Assembly: GCA_009103225.1 (NCBI GenBank)
Contig: RHPI01003041.1
Span: 140,308 to 204,307 of the forward strand
Reading direction: 5' to 3'
From: Chlorokybus atmophyticus
Taxonomy: Eukaryota; Plantae; Mesostigma and Chlorokybus algae
Length of the DNA stretch: 64,000 bases
This document shows positions 12,301 to 31,013 of this stretch, piece after piece (within the stretch, counting starts at the first letter, position 1; each line of letters starts with the position of its first letter). The notes under the pieces were generated by a model. The model was not told the DNA's origin, ran no database searches, and worked only from the letters and a program-made list of their open reading frames with translations. The translations under genes and the position numbers were made by a program.

Positions 12301-15300
12301 TCCATGCTCCAGGGGGGTGGCTTGTTAACTTGCTGTTATTGCAGTCTCTATGTGGAGCGCATGCATTGCAATTGTTTGCTCTGCTCTTTGAAATTGTGCG
12401 ACGTCACACCATGCTTTTCATGCCATGAAAACACCAATGGTGTAATCCGTGGGTGGGGAGCTCCCCACCCAGGCATCTTGAGGCATCTTTTGCCTTTACC
12501 TACTGCACACCTATCATTCTAGGGCTTTCAGCAAGGAAGGCCTTCCACTCAAGCTATGACAATTTTAGTTAAAGAAGGAGTCGCTCCCGTGAACACTTCT
12601 CCAGACAGCTGCGTTGCCGACCATTAACAATTGTCCAGTCTCATCGTTCATGCCTACAGCCAGCTCCTCACCTCGGCTGTCAGCATATGCATCGCATGAG
12701 CCATCGATCAGCAGTGGGCTACTTCTCGATATCTGTCGAGATGTGACTTATTCATTTTCAAGTGCTCTCAATAGCCGTTAGGACTGAATGGACTGTTAGT
12801 GATTGCTTGTGTTGCATTTGAATGCTTAATATAAGTAGTAGGCTCAGTCATTGTGTGACTTAGTAAAATTTGTGAGTAAGCTTGGGCATAAAGATCATGA
12901 GACGATTAAGTTTGTAACACGCCACCCTTGTTGCAAAGAAACCTTCACCGTGTGATAGAGTATGCATGCTTCCGTGAGCATTGCATTGCACGTGTTGTGA
13001 GCTTGGGGGTGCATGGTTGCAGTGTGTTTGTCTTCTTTGGTCAGAGCATAGCATTCACGGGTTACGTGCTCATTTACCTCGCTTGATAGACACATTCATC
13101 CGCTCATGCAAATAGCTGTGACACAGCACTACTTATAATGGTGGCTTGTTATCTTGCTGTTATTGCAATATGTATATTGGACGCAGGCATTATTTGCACT
13201 GCTCAAACTTTGTGTAACAGCACAATATGCTTTTTATAGCGCACTCCATGGGTGGGGAGGCATCCTTTCGCCTTAGGCTACCGCACATGCACAGTAACCA
13301 AGGCTTCCAGCAGAAGGCCTTTCATTCAAGCCATGGCTTATAGTTCGAGGAGTCTGTCGTGCAAGGAGGCCTCGACTGCGGGGTGTGTCTCGCGTTGGGA
13401 GTGTGTACACGAATGTGTACAAGTGTTAAGAACGAGTAAAATTATTGGGCAGCGTGCAAGAGGCCAAGCAGGGGACACCGAAGCTGTAATGTAGCAGCGT
13501 GTGCGGGAGACTGTGAGGAGGCAAAATAACTGTGTAGTCCCCTTAGCTTGATAGAGAGTGGTGGTCACTCAACAAGCTCCTGAACAAGGACGCTTGGAGA
13601 ATGCACACAGCGGTCATGCAATGTATGTATGCGAATATGGGTAGCTAAGTAAGACGAGATCACACACTACAAGCACCTAGCATGCGGATGCAAGCAAGCA
13701 AAGTCACAAGTGAACAGCGAGTGGGGGGCAAGCAAGCAATGCAGCAGTGTAGAGATGATACAGTGTACAGGTAGCCAATGCGATGGCCACTAGCATGAAA
13801 GCAAAGTGTACACTCAGAAGTGTATGGGCAAAGGTATGTTCGGGGGGAAGAACACTGTTTGTCGGAATAGCTAGCATGCTAACAGCGTATACACAACTAT
13901 CACTGAACTGCTGGTGCTACTGGGATCTACGTCACTGAGCCTTGGAAGCTCATCGGCTCAAGGTGGGCCAACTGGTAAATGTCGGACAGTGCCACCGCCG
14001 CTTCTGCTCCAGTCCGTCTACTTGCAACTCATTGCCGATGCCTCTGGCGGGAGTTGCCTAAGTGGGGTGTCAACGCAGCCCGCTGCCCAAGGGACTGCGT
14101 CCCTATTGGTGGAGGCCGGTGCTGGTAGTCGGCTGTCACGCGGCCTGCCGACGTAAGGATTGCGTCCTGATTGGCGGGGCTAGGGGCCAGCAGTGTGGGC
14201 ACGGATCTATCGATCCGGATGTTATTAGGGCAACACTGGTGGGTGATGAAGTGTGAGGGGGAAGTGCGTGTCGAGGGTTAGCACCGTGATAAGTTGCTCC
14301 CGTAAACACTTCGCCCGACATCCACCCTGTTAACTCGCAAACTTTGTTTACATTTATTAATTCTTTTGTGCATTTTTGTAATGATGCAACATGCCATCTC
14401 ATTGAAGACTATATCCATCTTATCGATGGCATCATCTGTTGCGCATGCATGTCCTACACTTATGCAGCCTACCAGCAATGACAACAACTTTGTCAACATA
14501 AAACACTCGAACCTACCATAGCACAAACCACGAGCATTCTATACCTGACCACGTCACACAACGAACCGATAAGCGTCGTCACGCGCGGCATCACGCTGCA
14601 CGGGTCAACTTGGAACAATGCGGCGCGTGCGTTGCTTTGTTCGTGCTGCTTTATCAGCGCAGAATCTGCAGCGATGATGCAGCAAAAGAGGCAACTTCGA
14701 AGTTGCCGTTTATGAACGCTAGTAGCGCCTGGTGCATGTGGGTCGTGAAGTTCAGCGGCACGCCAAGCCGCTGGTCCTTCAGGCGTTGCATCATGAAGGT
14801 TCAGCGGGTGCCCTGCTATCGGTAGCGCTGAGAGGCTCATGCACAGGAAGTCATGGTAGTATTAGATGAACCATAGGACCTACAGGACACACTCCAAGTT
14901 TTCATGTCCGCCTTAAGCCAGGAGATAACATGCAGACTCCTGTCAGCAGCTCGAGCTGACAGGAGAGAAGCCAGGCAGTGGATGGATCAAGTACATAGGC
15001 AACGCGGTTGCCGCAACCGCATGCGATGTGACAGCCGCAGCAGTTTCTTCTCCACTCCTTGATCGCACCCCGATCGGTACATATTGAACCCCACAGGGAA
15101 AGCTGCGGATAGTTCCAGGAGTTGTGCAAGCTGCAAGCGGCCAGCTGGAGACGTGAACCAGGCTTTTGCCTCCTCTTCAGCGACAGCCCTCGTCGCCGGT
15201 ACGTGCAGCGCTGTGTGTGATTGTGAGTGTGCGTATGTGTGTATGTGTTCAGGTGCGCATGCGTGTGTGGGTGGATGGGTGCGTGCGTGCGTGCGTGCAA

Positions 15301-15369
15301 GCAATGCGACAGCTAGTACGTGTCCACTGGAAGAGCGTGATCCACCGTGTGTTGAGCAGCGCAAGAGCC

Positions 15370-20522
<5,153 letters not shown>

Positions 20523-22089
20523 CCCAGCCCCTTTAGATTTTAAGGTTTTGGCCTTGTAACCAGTTGCTATGCCTACGCCTGCTGCTATGACTGTGCGTGT
20601 GTGCAAGTGCAAGCTTGAGTAAATTTGTATGACGATTTGATCAATTTTATCAGTGTGCCCTATGTTAAACAGCAACTGTTGCATCTTCAATAAACTGAAA
20701 CTTTATACCGTACTAGAAACATGACATACAAAGATGATATGTTGTACGATATTTGGTCGACAACCTTGATAGCATGTACAAATGCATATCATGTATGTAA
20801 TGTCTACAAGACGTTTTTAACTATTTTAAAATTTTTTAAACCCGGAGTCGGTGAAGGTTTCAACTGTGTCATATGAATTATCATAGGTACTCACAATTTT
20901 CATGCATATCTATGTAGTCTCATTAGCATCAGCTGGAGCTGAGCTCAATACAAATCTCATTTGACAGTGTCAACAATAAAAGGAAAGAGTAAAAACTCAA
21001 GCAAGGGCTCAAGTTGAATATGTTGTATGTTCCCTGTCTTACCGCTTGAACGAGCCTTGATGAATGGCTGCTCCGCAATTGCATGCATGCTTGGCTCTAA
21101 CGGCTCCAAGATTGGCCTGCAGCTGTTGTGAGTTGTGTTATAACATGTATATGAGAAACGTGTGAAACCCTTAATGGCGAGGGGCTGGCACGTTGTGTAA
21201 GTCATCAAGGATGTGAGACTTGCGCAACTGGCTCAACCTCTCCCTTTGCTGCTACCCCTCTCCTTACAGGTAGTGCGACCACCCCATTCCCTTACTCACT
21301 TACTGCTACGTGCCGGGGGGTAGGGCCTGATGCATTTTGCACGCAGGCTCTAACCCCCGTAGCTTGGTGTGGTTGCGTGTAATAATGTTGGTCAATTATG
21401 GCTATAGTGAATGCCATCGTCGTGTGCATGTCCTGCCTTTGTGGCCCCCTTTTTGTACACTATCATACGACCCTTGTCTTATTGTACTATAAAATAACAA
21501 AAAGAGCATGGCACTGCCCTTGATGGCAGTTATAGGCTATGGCAGTCATAGCCTATGACTCATAGGTCACATCCCCTTGTGACGCGTATTGCATGCGTCA
21601 CGTCACGCTGTGGCTAGGGCGGCTTTACTACTGATGTTCAGTGAGCATGATGATACACGTCGAACCGGATCCACACCAATCTAGTTAGGCGCCTGTATTA
21701 GATTTTCATTGCAGTCTATAGGTTAAGGATCACCAACGACAGTGCTTAACGTAATTACGGACGCGACAGTAACGTACCTACTCAACCTGTTCGGAACCAC
21801 CACGTGCTGATGAAACAAACTCCACAATGAGCCGCGCTCTAGGGCTAAGCTAAGCTAAGGACGAAAAAATACCAACCACGGCGCCAGCGACATCCACGGC
21901 GACACCGCCGCCGGAGGGAGGGGGTGAAAAGCCCGGGGCGGAGGTAGGGCCAGGGCTTGGAGCGAGTCTGGGGCCAGGGGCAGGGGCAGGGGCAGGGGCG
22001 GGGGCAGGGGGAGGGCAGGAAGAAATGACGTAAATCACGAGCTCAGAGATTTCCTTTTACTTTGGGGGGGGATTATCCCTCCCCCCTTG

Positions 22090-25000
22090 ATGGCTTTGCC
22101 TGAGGGCGGCGTCACCGGCAGCTGGCTGTCCGACATCGCGGGGCACCTCCGGCGGCGGCGCCTCCGCCGCCGTCGTGTGGCGGGCATCGTCCCGGGGGAG
22201 ACGGAAGGCACCGCCCCCCCCGCAGGGAAGCCACCAGAGGAGGAGGCTGGACCTGGGATGGGGCCGCACATAATGGATGCGAATGGGTGTGAGGGGGTAA
22301 ATGGGGTGGGGATGGGAGGGGAGAAGGCGCACATCAACAATACTGCGCCTGGATTAGGGGCGGATGTGCTCACGCCACAGCTGTCGGAAGCAGGGAAATG
22401 CCCGTTCCTACATGGCTCTGTGTCCTGCAGCCCTTACCCAGGTAGGACACCTCATTGAGGGTATGTGTGTGTGTTTGTGTGTGTAGGGTTTCATCGCTTG
22501 TTTCAACACGCAAAAGTACGCACGGAGGACAGTGATAGTATCATTCACATTGGGGGGCTGCTTGCAATAACTATGTGTTGTGACTAAGTGCATTGCCGGT
22601 GGCAAACCGGGCAGGGGTGGTACACATACACTGCTTCTTCATCCTGAGATTGCAGAACCAGTGTATACACTCTTGTACATCCAGGAATATATATCATTTT
22701 GGGAGTGAATTCACACATACTTATACGGGCATACAACCGGTCCATTTTTTGAGCTGGTTTTGTTAATGTGAGTGCCTGCCCCCTCTCACACAACCACTTG
22801 TGAGTTCTTGTGTTGTTGATGAGTCGGTCGTATTGTCACAGGTTATGTTCATGGTCGCCATCCGGAGGTGTGTCCCAACGGTTGCCGGCCTGATGCCAGC
22901 GTGGGTAAGGGTGAGACGAAGAAGCAGACGCTGCTGCGGGAAGCCAAAGAGTTTCAGGTGTGTGTGATTGTGTATGTGTCCTGTCCTTGACGCGATGCAC
23001 GGCTACAAATGCCGTAACTTGTTGCAGATTTTGTACCATCGAGAGCTCAAGTTGTCGGCTGAGACAGAATCTAGGCGATGGGCTGCCATTGCTCAGGTCA
23101 GTCTCGCGCGCAGGCCTGTGCGTGTATGTGTTTGTGCAGTCACAGGCGCACACGCTCCTCTATGTACTGCTGAGTGCTACACAAAGCTTACCACTGATGT
23201 TCGCACACATCAATCTGCAGGAGATAGAGACTACTGGCACATACACGCACACATTGGAAGAACTCGAGCACGGTAAGGAAACACATGTACACACGTACAC
23301 ATGTACACATATGCACACGTACTCCATCAACACACCCGTTGTTGGTAGTGTTGGCCTTATTGAACTTGGAGTTTACAGGGGCGCGTGTTGCATGGAGAAA
23401 TGCCCCCAAGTGCAGCAATCGCAAGTTCTGGAGCGAGCTGACGCTTCTGGACCGGCGTGACGTGACTACTGCGCAAGGCATGCACACGGCGTGTTTGGAC
23501 ATGTTGGAAACAGCCACACTGCACGGCGCAACTGAAGTCTACATCAGCGTCTTCCCACCTACACACCCAATCACCGGTACACATGTTGTGCTGATGTTGT
23601 TGTTGTTGTCGTTGTTTCGCACATAGCGCCCACATTGCCAGATACCTGCAAGTACTAATGATAGTATTTGACATGTTGCGGCGTGTACACTGCTTACACG
23701 GCGTGTCCACGTAGGTGAGGGCGGGCCGAGGATATGGAACACTCAGTTGATGCGTTACGCGGGTTGGAGATTGGAGGACGGCTCGTTGTACGGTGATCCG
23801 GCCGAGGTAAAGTTCACGGAGCTCGTCACCAGGAAGTTCGGGTGGAAACCGGCGAGCGGGAAGCCCTCGCGCTTCGACATACTACCGCTCGTACTACAGG
23901 CCGACCCACGACAGGCACCCGTCATGCTCGATGTGCCGCCGCAGTACGTGTCGGAAGTCCCTCTAGCACACCCTCAGGTGAGAAAGGATTCACGTGTATG
24001 TATGTGTCTGAAGGTGGGTGGCGCGCGCGTGTGTGCATGCGCGCGCGTGTGTGCATGCGCGTGTGTGTGTTGTGCGCGTGCCCGTGTGTACGTAAGTCCA
24101 TGCGCGTGTGCATATGTGTCACTTGATTGTGCAGCACAACACACATATCACTCTCACTCGCTGACCCAACATCACAACATGTGCAGTACCCTTGGTTTGC
24201 GGAGTTGGGTTATCGTTGGTATGGTCTGCCGGCTGTTTCCAACATGGAGCTGAGTCTCGGCGGAATAATGTACACGGCGGCTCCGTTCATCGGGTGGTAC
24301 GCAGACACGGAGATCGTGCGCAACCTCAGCGATGAGAGCCGATACAACACGCTGCCGGAGATTGGAAAACTGCTCGGATACTCCATCACAGAGAACTCAA
24401 ACCTCTGGCGCGATGCAGCACTCGGTAAATGTGTTGTATCATGCTTTTCCCCATGTATAGTCAAACACATGTGTGTTTTACCACAATGCAACTTGGTTGC
24501 CAAGCCCGAGTGTGCTAACAGCACTTGTGCGTGCATCTGAGTAGACACGCACACGTGTGCATGTGCGTGCACGTGCACACATGTAAGTGTGCGTGCGCAC
24601 ATGCCTGTGTATGTCTGTACGTGTGTGCGTGTCACTTGCGTACTAACACTACTTGTATGTGTGCTTGTGTTACAGTGACGCTCAATCAGGCGGTGAACTA
24701 CAGTTTCCGGCAGGCCAGCACGGGCATTGTGGATCACCACACGTTGATGCAGCAGTTTTGGGAGTGGCACAACAAGGAAAAGCAGAGCCGAGGGTACAAC
24801 CCCGGCAACTGGAAGTGGATCATCTCGCCCGTTGCCGCGTCCACAAGCAGATGCTACCTGGGACTCAATAAGATGACTGAGTACACACTCAAGCCAGCGT
24901 AAGCAGCCCACTCCCATGCGTGCAAGTTGTTGTTGCTGCTGCTGCTGCTGTTATTGATTGTTGCTGTTATTGATTCTTGCATGTATGTGTGCACGCACAT

Positions 25001-28000
25001 GCTTCAGCACATATGTACACGCAAGAAAAGCGTGCACACATACTCACATACGTAGAAAACAATAACACAACAACAGCAATGCACGTGTGCGTTATGTATT
25101 GTGTACATGTGAGGGTGCACGTGCACGCGAGTGTGTGCACACATGCATGTGGGCGCGTGTGTGCATGTAAACATTAGGTGTTAACAATATATTTTCCCTG
25201 CTGTACAGTTATCTGTACACTCCAGGGTTTGCCAAGTATGCTCAGCAATGGTTTGGCGACCGATGGGACCTCAGCGAGCTACCGCTGAGGCCGGTCACCA
25301 CCAACCCGTACGTCATCAAGATGCTCGGCAGGATGCAGACCATCGCCCACTCCTTCAGCGCTAAACCCCGCATACTGATCGTGTACGCAACTGTTTCGGG
25401 CACCGCCAAAGACTACGCCTCCCGCACTGCTCAGGTACATACTTCCATGTATACGATATGTGTACACTTGAAGCTACACATGCACGTACACATACACATA
25501 TACTGACAATAAATGCCACAGGATCTCCAATGTACATTCAAGTATTGGTATTAGTAAAAACTACAATGCACACATGCACATACATATATATGTACACATA
25601 CACACTTGTTAACTCAGCGTCAGTGAACATGGAAAACACAATCATAACAACGAAACACCACACTTGTCAACACATAAGGTGTTGCTGCAATGCCATAGTG
25701 CATGACTCCTATGCATACATGACAGATGCTGAAAAGCGAGTTTCAAGTAATCCTGTTGGATGTTGAGAACTTCCAGCCAGAAGACCACCATCCCGACACG
25801 TACCACTTGCTCATCATCATCTCATCAACGTATGGGGCGGGCTCACCGCCCGCCTCAGCCTTCCGCTTCTTGAGATGGCTCACATTGCAGGTAAATCAAC
25901 CAATCACCATATGTGAACATTGTATGGTGTTTCAATGCAGCGAGCGGTGCGTGTGCGTGTGTGTATGGGCATGTGCGCGTGTGTGCGCACGTGCGCATAA
26001 GCGTGTGCATAAGTGTGTGCAGGTGTGCATGCTCATACGCGTGCGTGTGACTTAACATAATTGTTATGTGGCATGCTGTATGGTAGTTAACACTGATACA
26101 TGTGTGTGTGTTTGTAGCGTGAAGCGGCCTCGCTCAAGGGTTGCTGCTTCTCGGTGTTTGGCATCGGCAGCAGCAGCTACCCTCGTTTTTGCGCTGCGGC
26201 TGACACGATCCACGCGATGATGCTCGCGTCCGGCGCAAAACCCCTCGGCAACCCGGGCAAAGGCGACGCCATCGGCGGGAGGGACATGGCTTTCAAAGAC
26301 TGGCTCACGGCCACAATGCAATCCTTCAGAGACCATCTAACGGTATGTGGACTTTGCGTGCACAACAGCAGCAGCAACAACAACACTGATGACAACATGT
26401 TGCAGACTGCGGGTGGGATGGAGAAATGCGATAGAGTTATCAACTTGATACAAGACACAGCCGTCACGACCTTCCAGCAGATATACAACTTGGTTCACCT
26501 CTCAGGCATGCATGTTTACTATCACACTGTGTCACTCGTGCTTACCCATCTACATAAGAGACACGCATGAGAACGTGTGTGTGTATCGTTATCTCTCAAC
26601 CAGGTGCGATGAAGTTGGCTCACGACACGCGGTGGCTCGTCGCGCCGATCACGGAGGTCGCCGAGGTTTTGCCTCCCGAAGCGCAAACAGAGGGGCGGTC
26701 GGTGTGTTTGGTCAAGATAGACTTGTCCGACATACCAACAGCGCTTTACGCCCCTGGTGAGTATGAAACCCACAAGTGTATGTGTGGTTGTGTGTGGGCA
26801 TGTTGATACTGATGTGTGGTGTTGTGATGATCAGGTGACCATATAGCTGTGCTGCCAACCAACCATCAGCTCAGCAATGCGGAGTTGGAAACCCTGGCTG
26901 AGCATCTGGGCATTGAGGACCTCGACGGGGTGTTTGACCTCGAGGTAAAGTGTATCTGTGTGTTTGCGCGCTCGTAGGTGTGGGTGTGCGTGTGCATGGG
27001 TGGGTCATGCTGTTACAGAATTTGTTGCTGACCAACAATACTCCGTATCAGGTGCTTGATGAGGACGGGGCGCTTGAGGCTGGTTTCAATGGGAAGAAGT
27101 TCCCTCTTCCCAACACGTTCCGTGTGATCCTGGACGAGCACGTGGCTTTAATGAGCCCTGTCGCTGCCGCGGCGCTGCCCGTCCTCGCCCAATACGCCGG
27201 CACAGACGCCGACGCCCACGAGCTCGCCGAACTCGGACGCAGCGAACACGCTGCAGAGACGTGGCAAGCCCACAGTCAGGTACACAACATCAACAACAAT
27301 TCAACGTATTATGTAGTATGTGGTACGAATTGTGCCTTGTGACAGGTTCGGTGGGCGGATTTGTTCCAAGAGTTTCCTTCCCTTTCTGGGAGGGTCCCGT
27401 TTGAGGTGTTTCTGCAGCTGGCGCCGGCGCTGTACCCGCGATACTACTCGATAGCCAGCAGCAACTGGGGCAGGGTAAGACATCTGTCTCATGTGACTGG
27501 GGATCAGCGACCACTGTAGTGTCCAGCTGATTGATTATGCTGCGGATGGCATAATTTGTGAGCTCATGTAGATAGAATACACATGCACACATACACATAC
27601 ACGTACATGTACATAAGTACACACGTGCATATGCACACACGCACGCCCATGCGCGAATGCACATGCACATGCACACACGCACGCACATGCAGCCCACATA
27701 CTTAGCATAGCATTCTCAACTGCAACCCTTTCATCAGGAGCGGCCTGGCGTGCACGCGCTGGTGGGTCTCCTTTCCTACCAGCTCCCTTCGGGTCAATCC
27801 CGTCTGGGCCAGTGTTCGAGCTACCTTGTCCACGCGCGCGCGGGGTCGTACGTGCGCTTCAGGTTGACCAAAGTGACGTCGTTCCGGCAACCGATGAAGA
27901 CGTCGAGTCCGATCATCATGGTCGCGGCGGGGACGGGCATCGCGCCGTTCCTCGGGTTCATACAACATCGCATACAGCTCGGAAGACAGGGGAACATGGG

Positions 28001-31000
28001 ACCGTGCATACTTGTATTTGGCTGCCGCACGCAAGCAGACCGACTCTGTTGGTACGCACTGGCTCACTGCTACTCTGCCGCAATGTTGTGCAAATGCACA
28101 GGCGTGTCCGTGCACACATATACGGACACGCATGCACACATGAGCGTGCATGCCCACCCACGCACGCACACATGCGCGCCAGAGGGCACATCAACACGAG
28201 CACTCATATGCACATGCACGCGCATGCATCAATGCGTGAGCGTGCGCTTGGGACCACATACAGGCACACGCACACATGCACGCGCACGCGCATGCGCCTG
28301 CACACATGTGCTTACAGAACAGCAGGTGCATTCGCACAATTGCGTCGTTGGGTTTGTCATGCCTTTGTCTGCGCTAACAGGGAGGAAGTGGAAAGGGGGC
28401 AAGCATGTGGTGCACTCAGCGAGGTCATCCTCGCATACTCAAGAGAACCCGGCAGAAGGAAACACTACGTGCAGGACGTGATTATGGCGGTGAGTCACTT
28501 TACAGATACACTCACGTCTACATACCAACACATGGCTCACATAAGCTCACACAACCACTCGCCAACAAAACAGGAAAAGAAGAAGCTAACAGCCCTGCTG
28601 AAAGCACCTGACGCACACATATACGTGTGCGGAGACAGCCACATGGCCAGCGCCGTATCCTCTGCCTTCACATCCATCATCGGTACACACACAACACAAC
28701 ACCCTCAAACCTGCACCCACTCCAATGTGGCAATGTTGTCTCATGTACGTGCGGATGTGTGTCAACAACTCAGGTACTGAGGCGATGACGTCGATGACGG
28801 TGGAGTGCCGGTTCCACGAGGACGTGTTTGGCGTGGTGCTCAAGTCGGCGGACAGGTTGTCTGTGGCGCGACACATCGCGGCCGACCGCAACGGACACAG
28901 GCCCATACTTAAAGCCGCGCTCGCCAACGACCTCGCAGAGGTGAGGGTTGGGTTGGGTGCATTGCTGCAACAGTGCAATGGTTGGTTTACTTTGTTGTGT
29001 GGTAAAGTTGCAGGTAGAGTGGTAGGGCATGCATTGCAGTAAGTTGCATGGACACAACATGCTTGGGTGACTTACATGACAGCAGCACTTGTTGCGTACA
29101 GTGTGGTGTTGGTGCACATAGAGATCTGTACACACGTGTGCGTGCTCCTTGCTTGTGTGTTTGCATATATGTATATGCGGGCACACGCACACGTACATGC
29201 GCGCACACGTGCACACGCGCGTATGCACTCGTGCTGCTGATGCATATCTGCCTGGACCCAACCCATTTGCTCGGCAGGTTTCTCGGTTGTTGGTTGAGGG
29301 CGCGGACATCACTGCGGCCGACAGCGACGCCAACTCTCTGCTTCACATCGCTGCGGAGATCGGCTCATCAGAGTTGACAAGACTTCTTCTCCAGTACAAC
29401 GCGCCTCTCAAGTCGGTCAACAACTGGAACCTCACGCCCGCCGCGCTCGCCCAAGTGCGAGGACAGCCAGACATACGCGACGCCATCATCGAAGCGGGAG
29501 GAACACTCGCGAGCGGCATGCATCGATGTTTTTACCCACTGCACTCTGCCGCCGTTGAGGGCACAGCTGAAGGTGTGGGTGTGCGCGCGTGTTGTTGTGT
29601 GGGTGTGCGTGTGCGCGTGTTTGTGTGTACGTGCGTGTGCGTACTGAATATGTGCGCGCGTATGCATGTGTGCAGGTTGTTGTGCACATGTGCGTGTGTA
29701 CTGCTGTGTACTGCAAGATGCAAACATTGGGCACTTGCTGAGTGTGTGGCGTTGTGTTGGGCAGACATCAAGCGGTTACTGGCCCAGAACGCGGACCCGT
29801 GGACGGCCGACTACTACGGTTGCACGCCGCTGCGTATGGCCGCGATGACGGGCAACCTGGACACGCTGTGGACTTTGCTTCAGGCTCCTGATGCTGCGGG
29901 CATCGTCAACGCGGTGGACAGGTACGGCCACACGGCGCTGGCGGCCGCGCTGGCGTTCCAGCAGTACTCCGCCGCCAACATGCTCAAGCCCGTCGGGGCA
30001 CGCATCACTGCCTCGAGCACCAACTTCACGGCGTGGCCGAGCCTCAGCCACTGGAGCCCGAGCAACAGCCGAACACTGTCACCAGCACAGATCACCCGAG
30101 CGCAGGCCTTGTAAGTGCACATGCACACATGCACACACATGTGCGCTCGCACACGCACCCACGCACATGCACAGACACACGTGTGCACGATCATATGCGC
30201 ACGCACACACACCCGTGCACATGCAAGCGCACACTCGCATGCACGCACACCTCTTTGCATATCCACCTGCGTGTATGTGTATATGTGTATATGCTGTGAG
30301 GCGCAAAGGTCTAATCTCGTGGGTGCTTGGCAGGTGGGGGGCCATTGCTAGCAACAGCTTCCCCGAAGAGACCACGGCCGCGCTCACGAGCGCCGGCGTG
30401 ATGCTCTTCAACAACCTGTTTGAGATGTCGCCGCACGTGTTGGATCTGTTTCCTTTCAAGGATGACACCGGAAAGCCATTCCAACAGGTGCCCACACACT
30501 CACCCTCTTTCTCGTACATCATAATGCATGTGTACCCAACAAACCAACATGTCGTCATCATGCAGGTGTTGGAGGCTCACGCGCTTCAAGTGATGACCAC
30601 GTTGGGTCGCGTGGTGGAGGGTCTGAACGACATCGAGACGCTGGTGCCGTTCCTGCGGGACCTCACCGCGCGCCACGTCCCGTACGGCGTGGAGCTCGTG
30701 CACTACGACATCCTCAGCGCCACGCTGCTGCGGACCTTTGAACAAACGCTCGGCAACCTCTTTACGCCGGTACGCATGCGTGGGTTGGATGTTGGATCTT
30801 TTCACACCCTCCTCATCTCTTCATGTTTGCATGCGCGTGTGCCTGTGCGCGCGTGCGTGTGCGTGCGTGCGCATTATACCATGTTACATTTACATTGCAC
30901 AACTGGTGGCATTGTCTGAGATTTTTTGTTGTTATGTGCAGGAGGACAGGGACGTATGGCAGGCGATGTTCGACATCATAGGCAGCGTTGCGAGGGAAGC

Positions 31001-31013
31001 GTACCCGCACTGA
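22090..31013 (+). CDS. NOS: Nitric oxide synthase with C-terminal ankyrin repeats and globin (oxygenase-FMN-FAD/NADPH-ANK-globin), over 20 exons
   Basis: Oxygenase: [18 protein letters not shown]|[78 protein letters not shown]: [44 protein letters not shown]: PG|[62 protein letters not shown]. These are followed by ankyrin and globin domains; stop TGA at 31011-31013. The start codon is the least certain part. Confidence 0.95.
28880..30010 (+). other. Ankyrin-repeat domain of the NOS fusion
   Basis: [60 protein letters not shown]|[54 protein letters not shown]. In frame with RFHEDVFG across canonical introns. Confidence 0.9.
30073..31013 (+). other. 3/3-fold globin domain at the NOS C-terminus
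   Basis: [12 protein letters not shown]|WGAIA (A helix), [21 protein letters not shown] (B/CD1 Phe), [15 protein letters not shown] (E7 His), [18 protein letters not shown] (F8 His), FTP|[13 protein letters not shown] (H helix). Confidence 0.92.

Noticed and set aside
21850-22038. Minus-strand PAPAPA ORF upstream of NOS
   Set aside because: It is a short GGGGCA repeat in the probable NOS 5' region, with no supporting exons.
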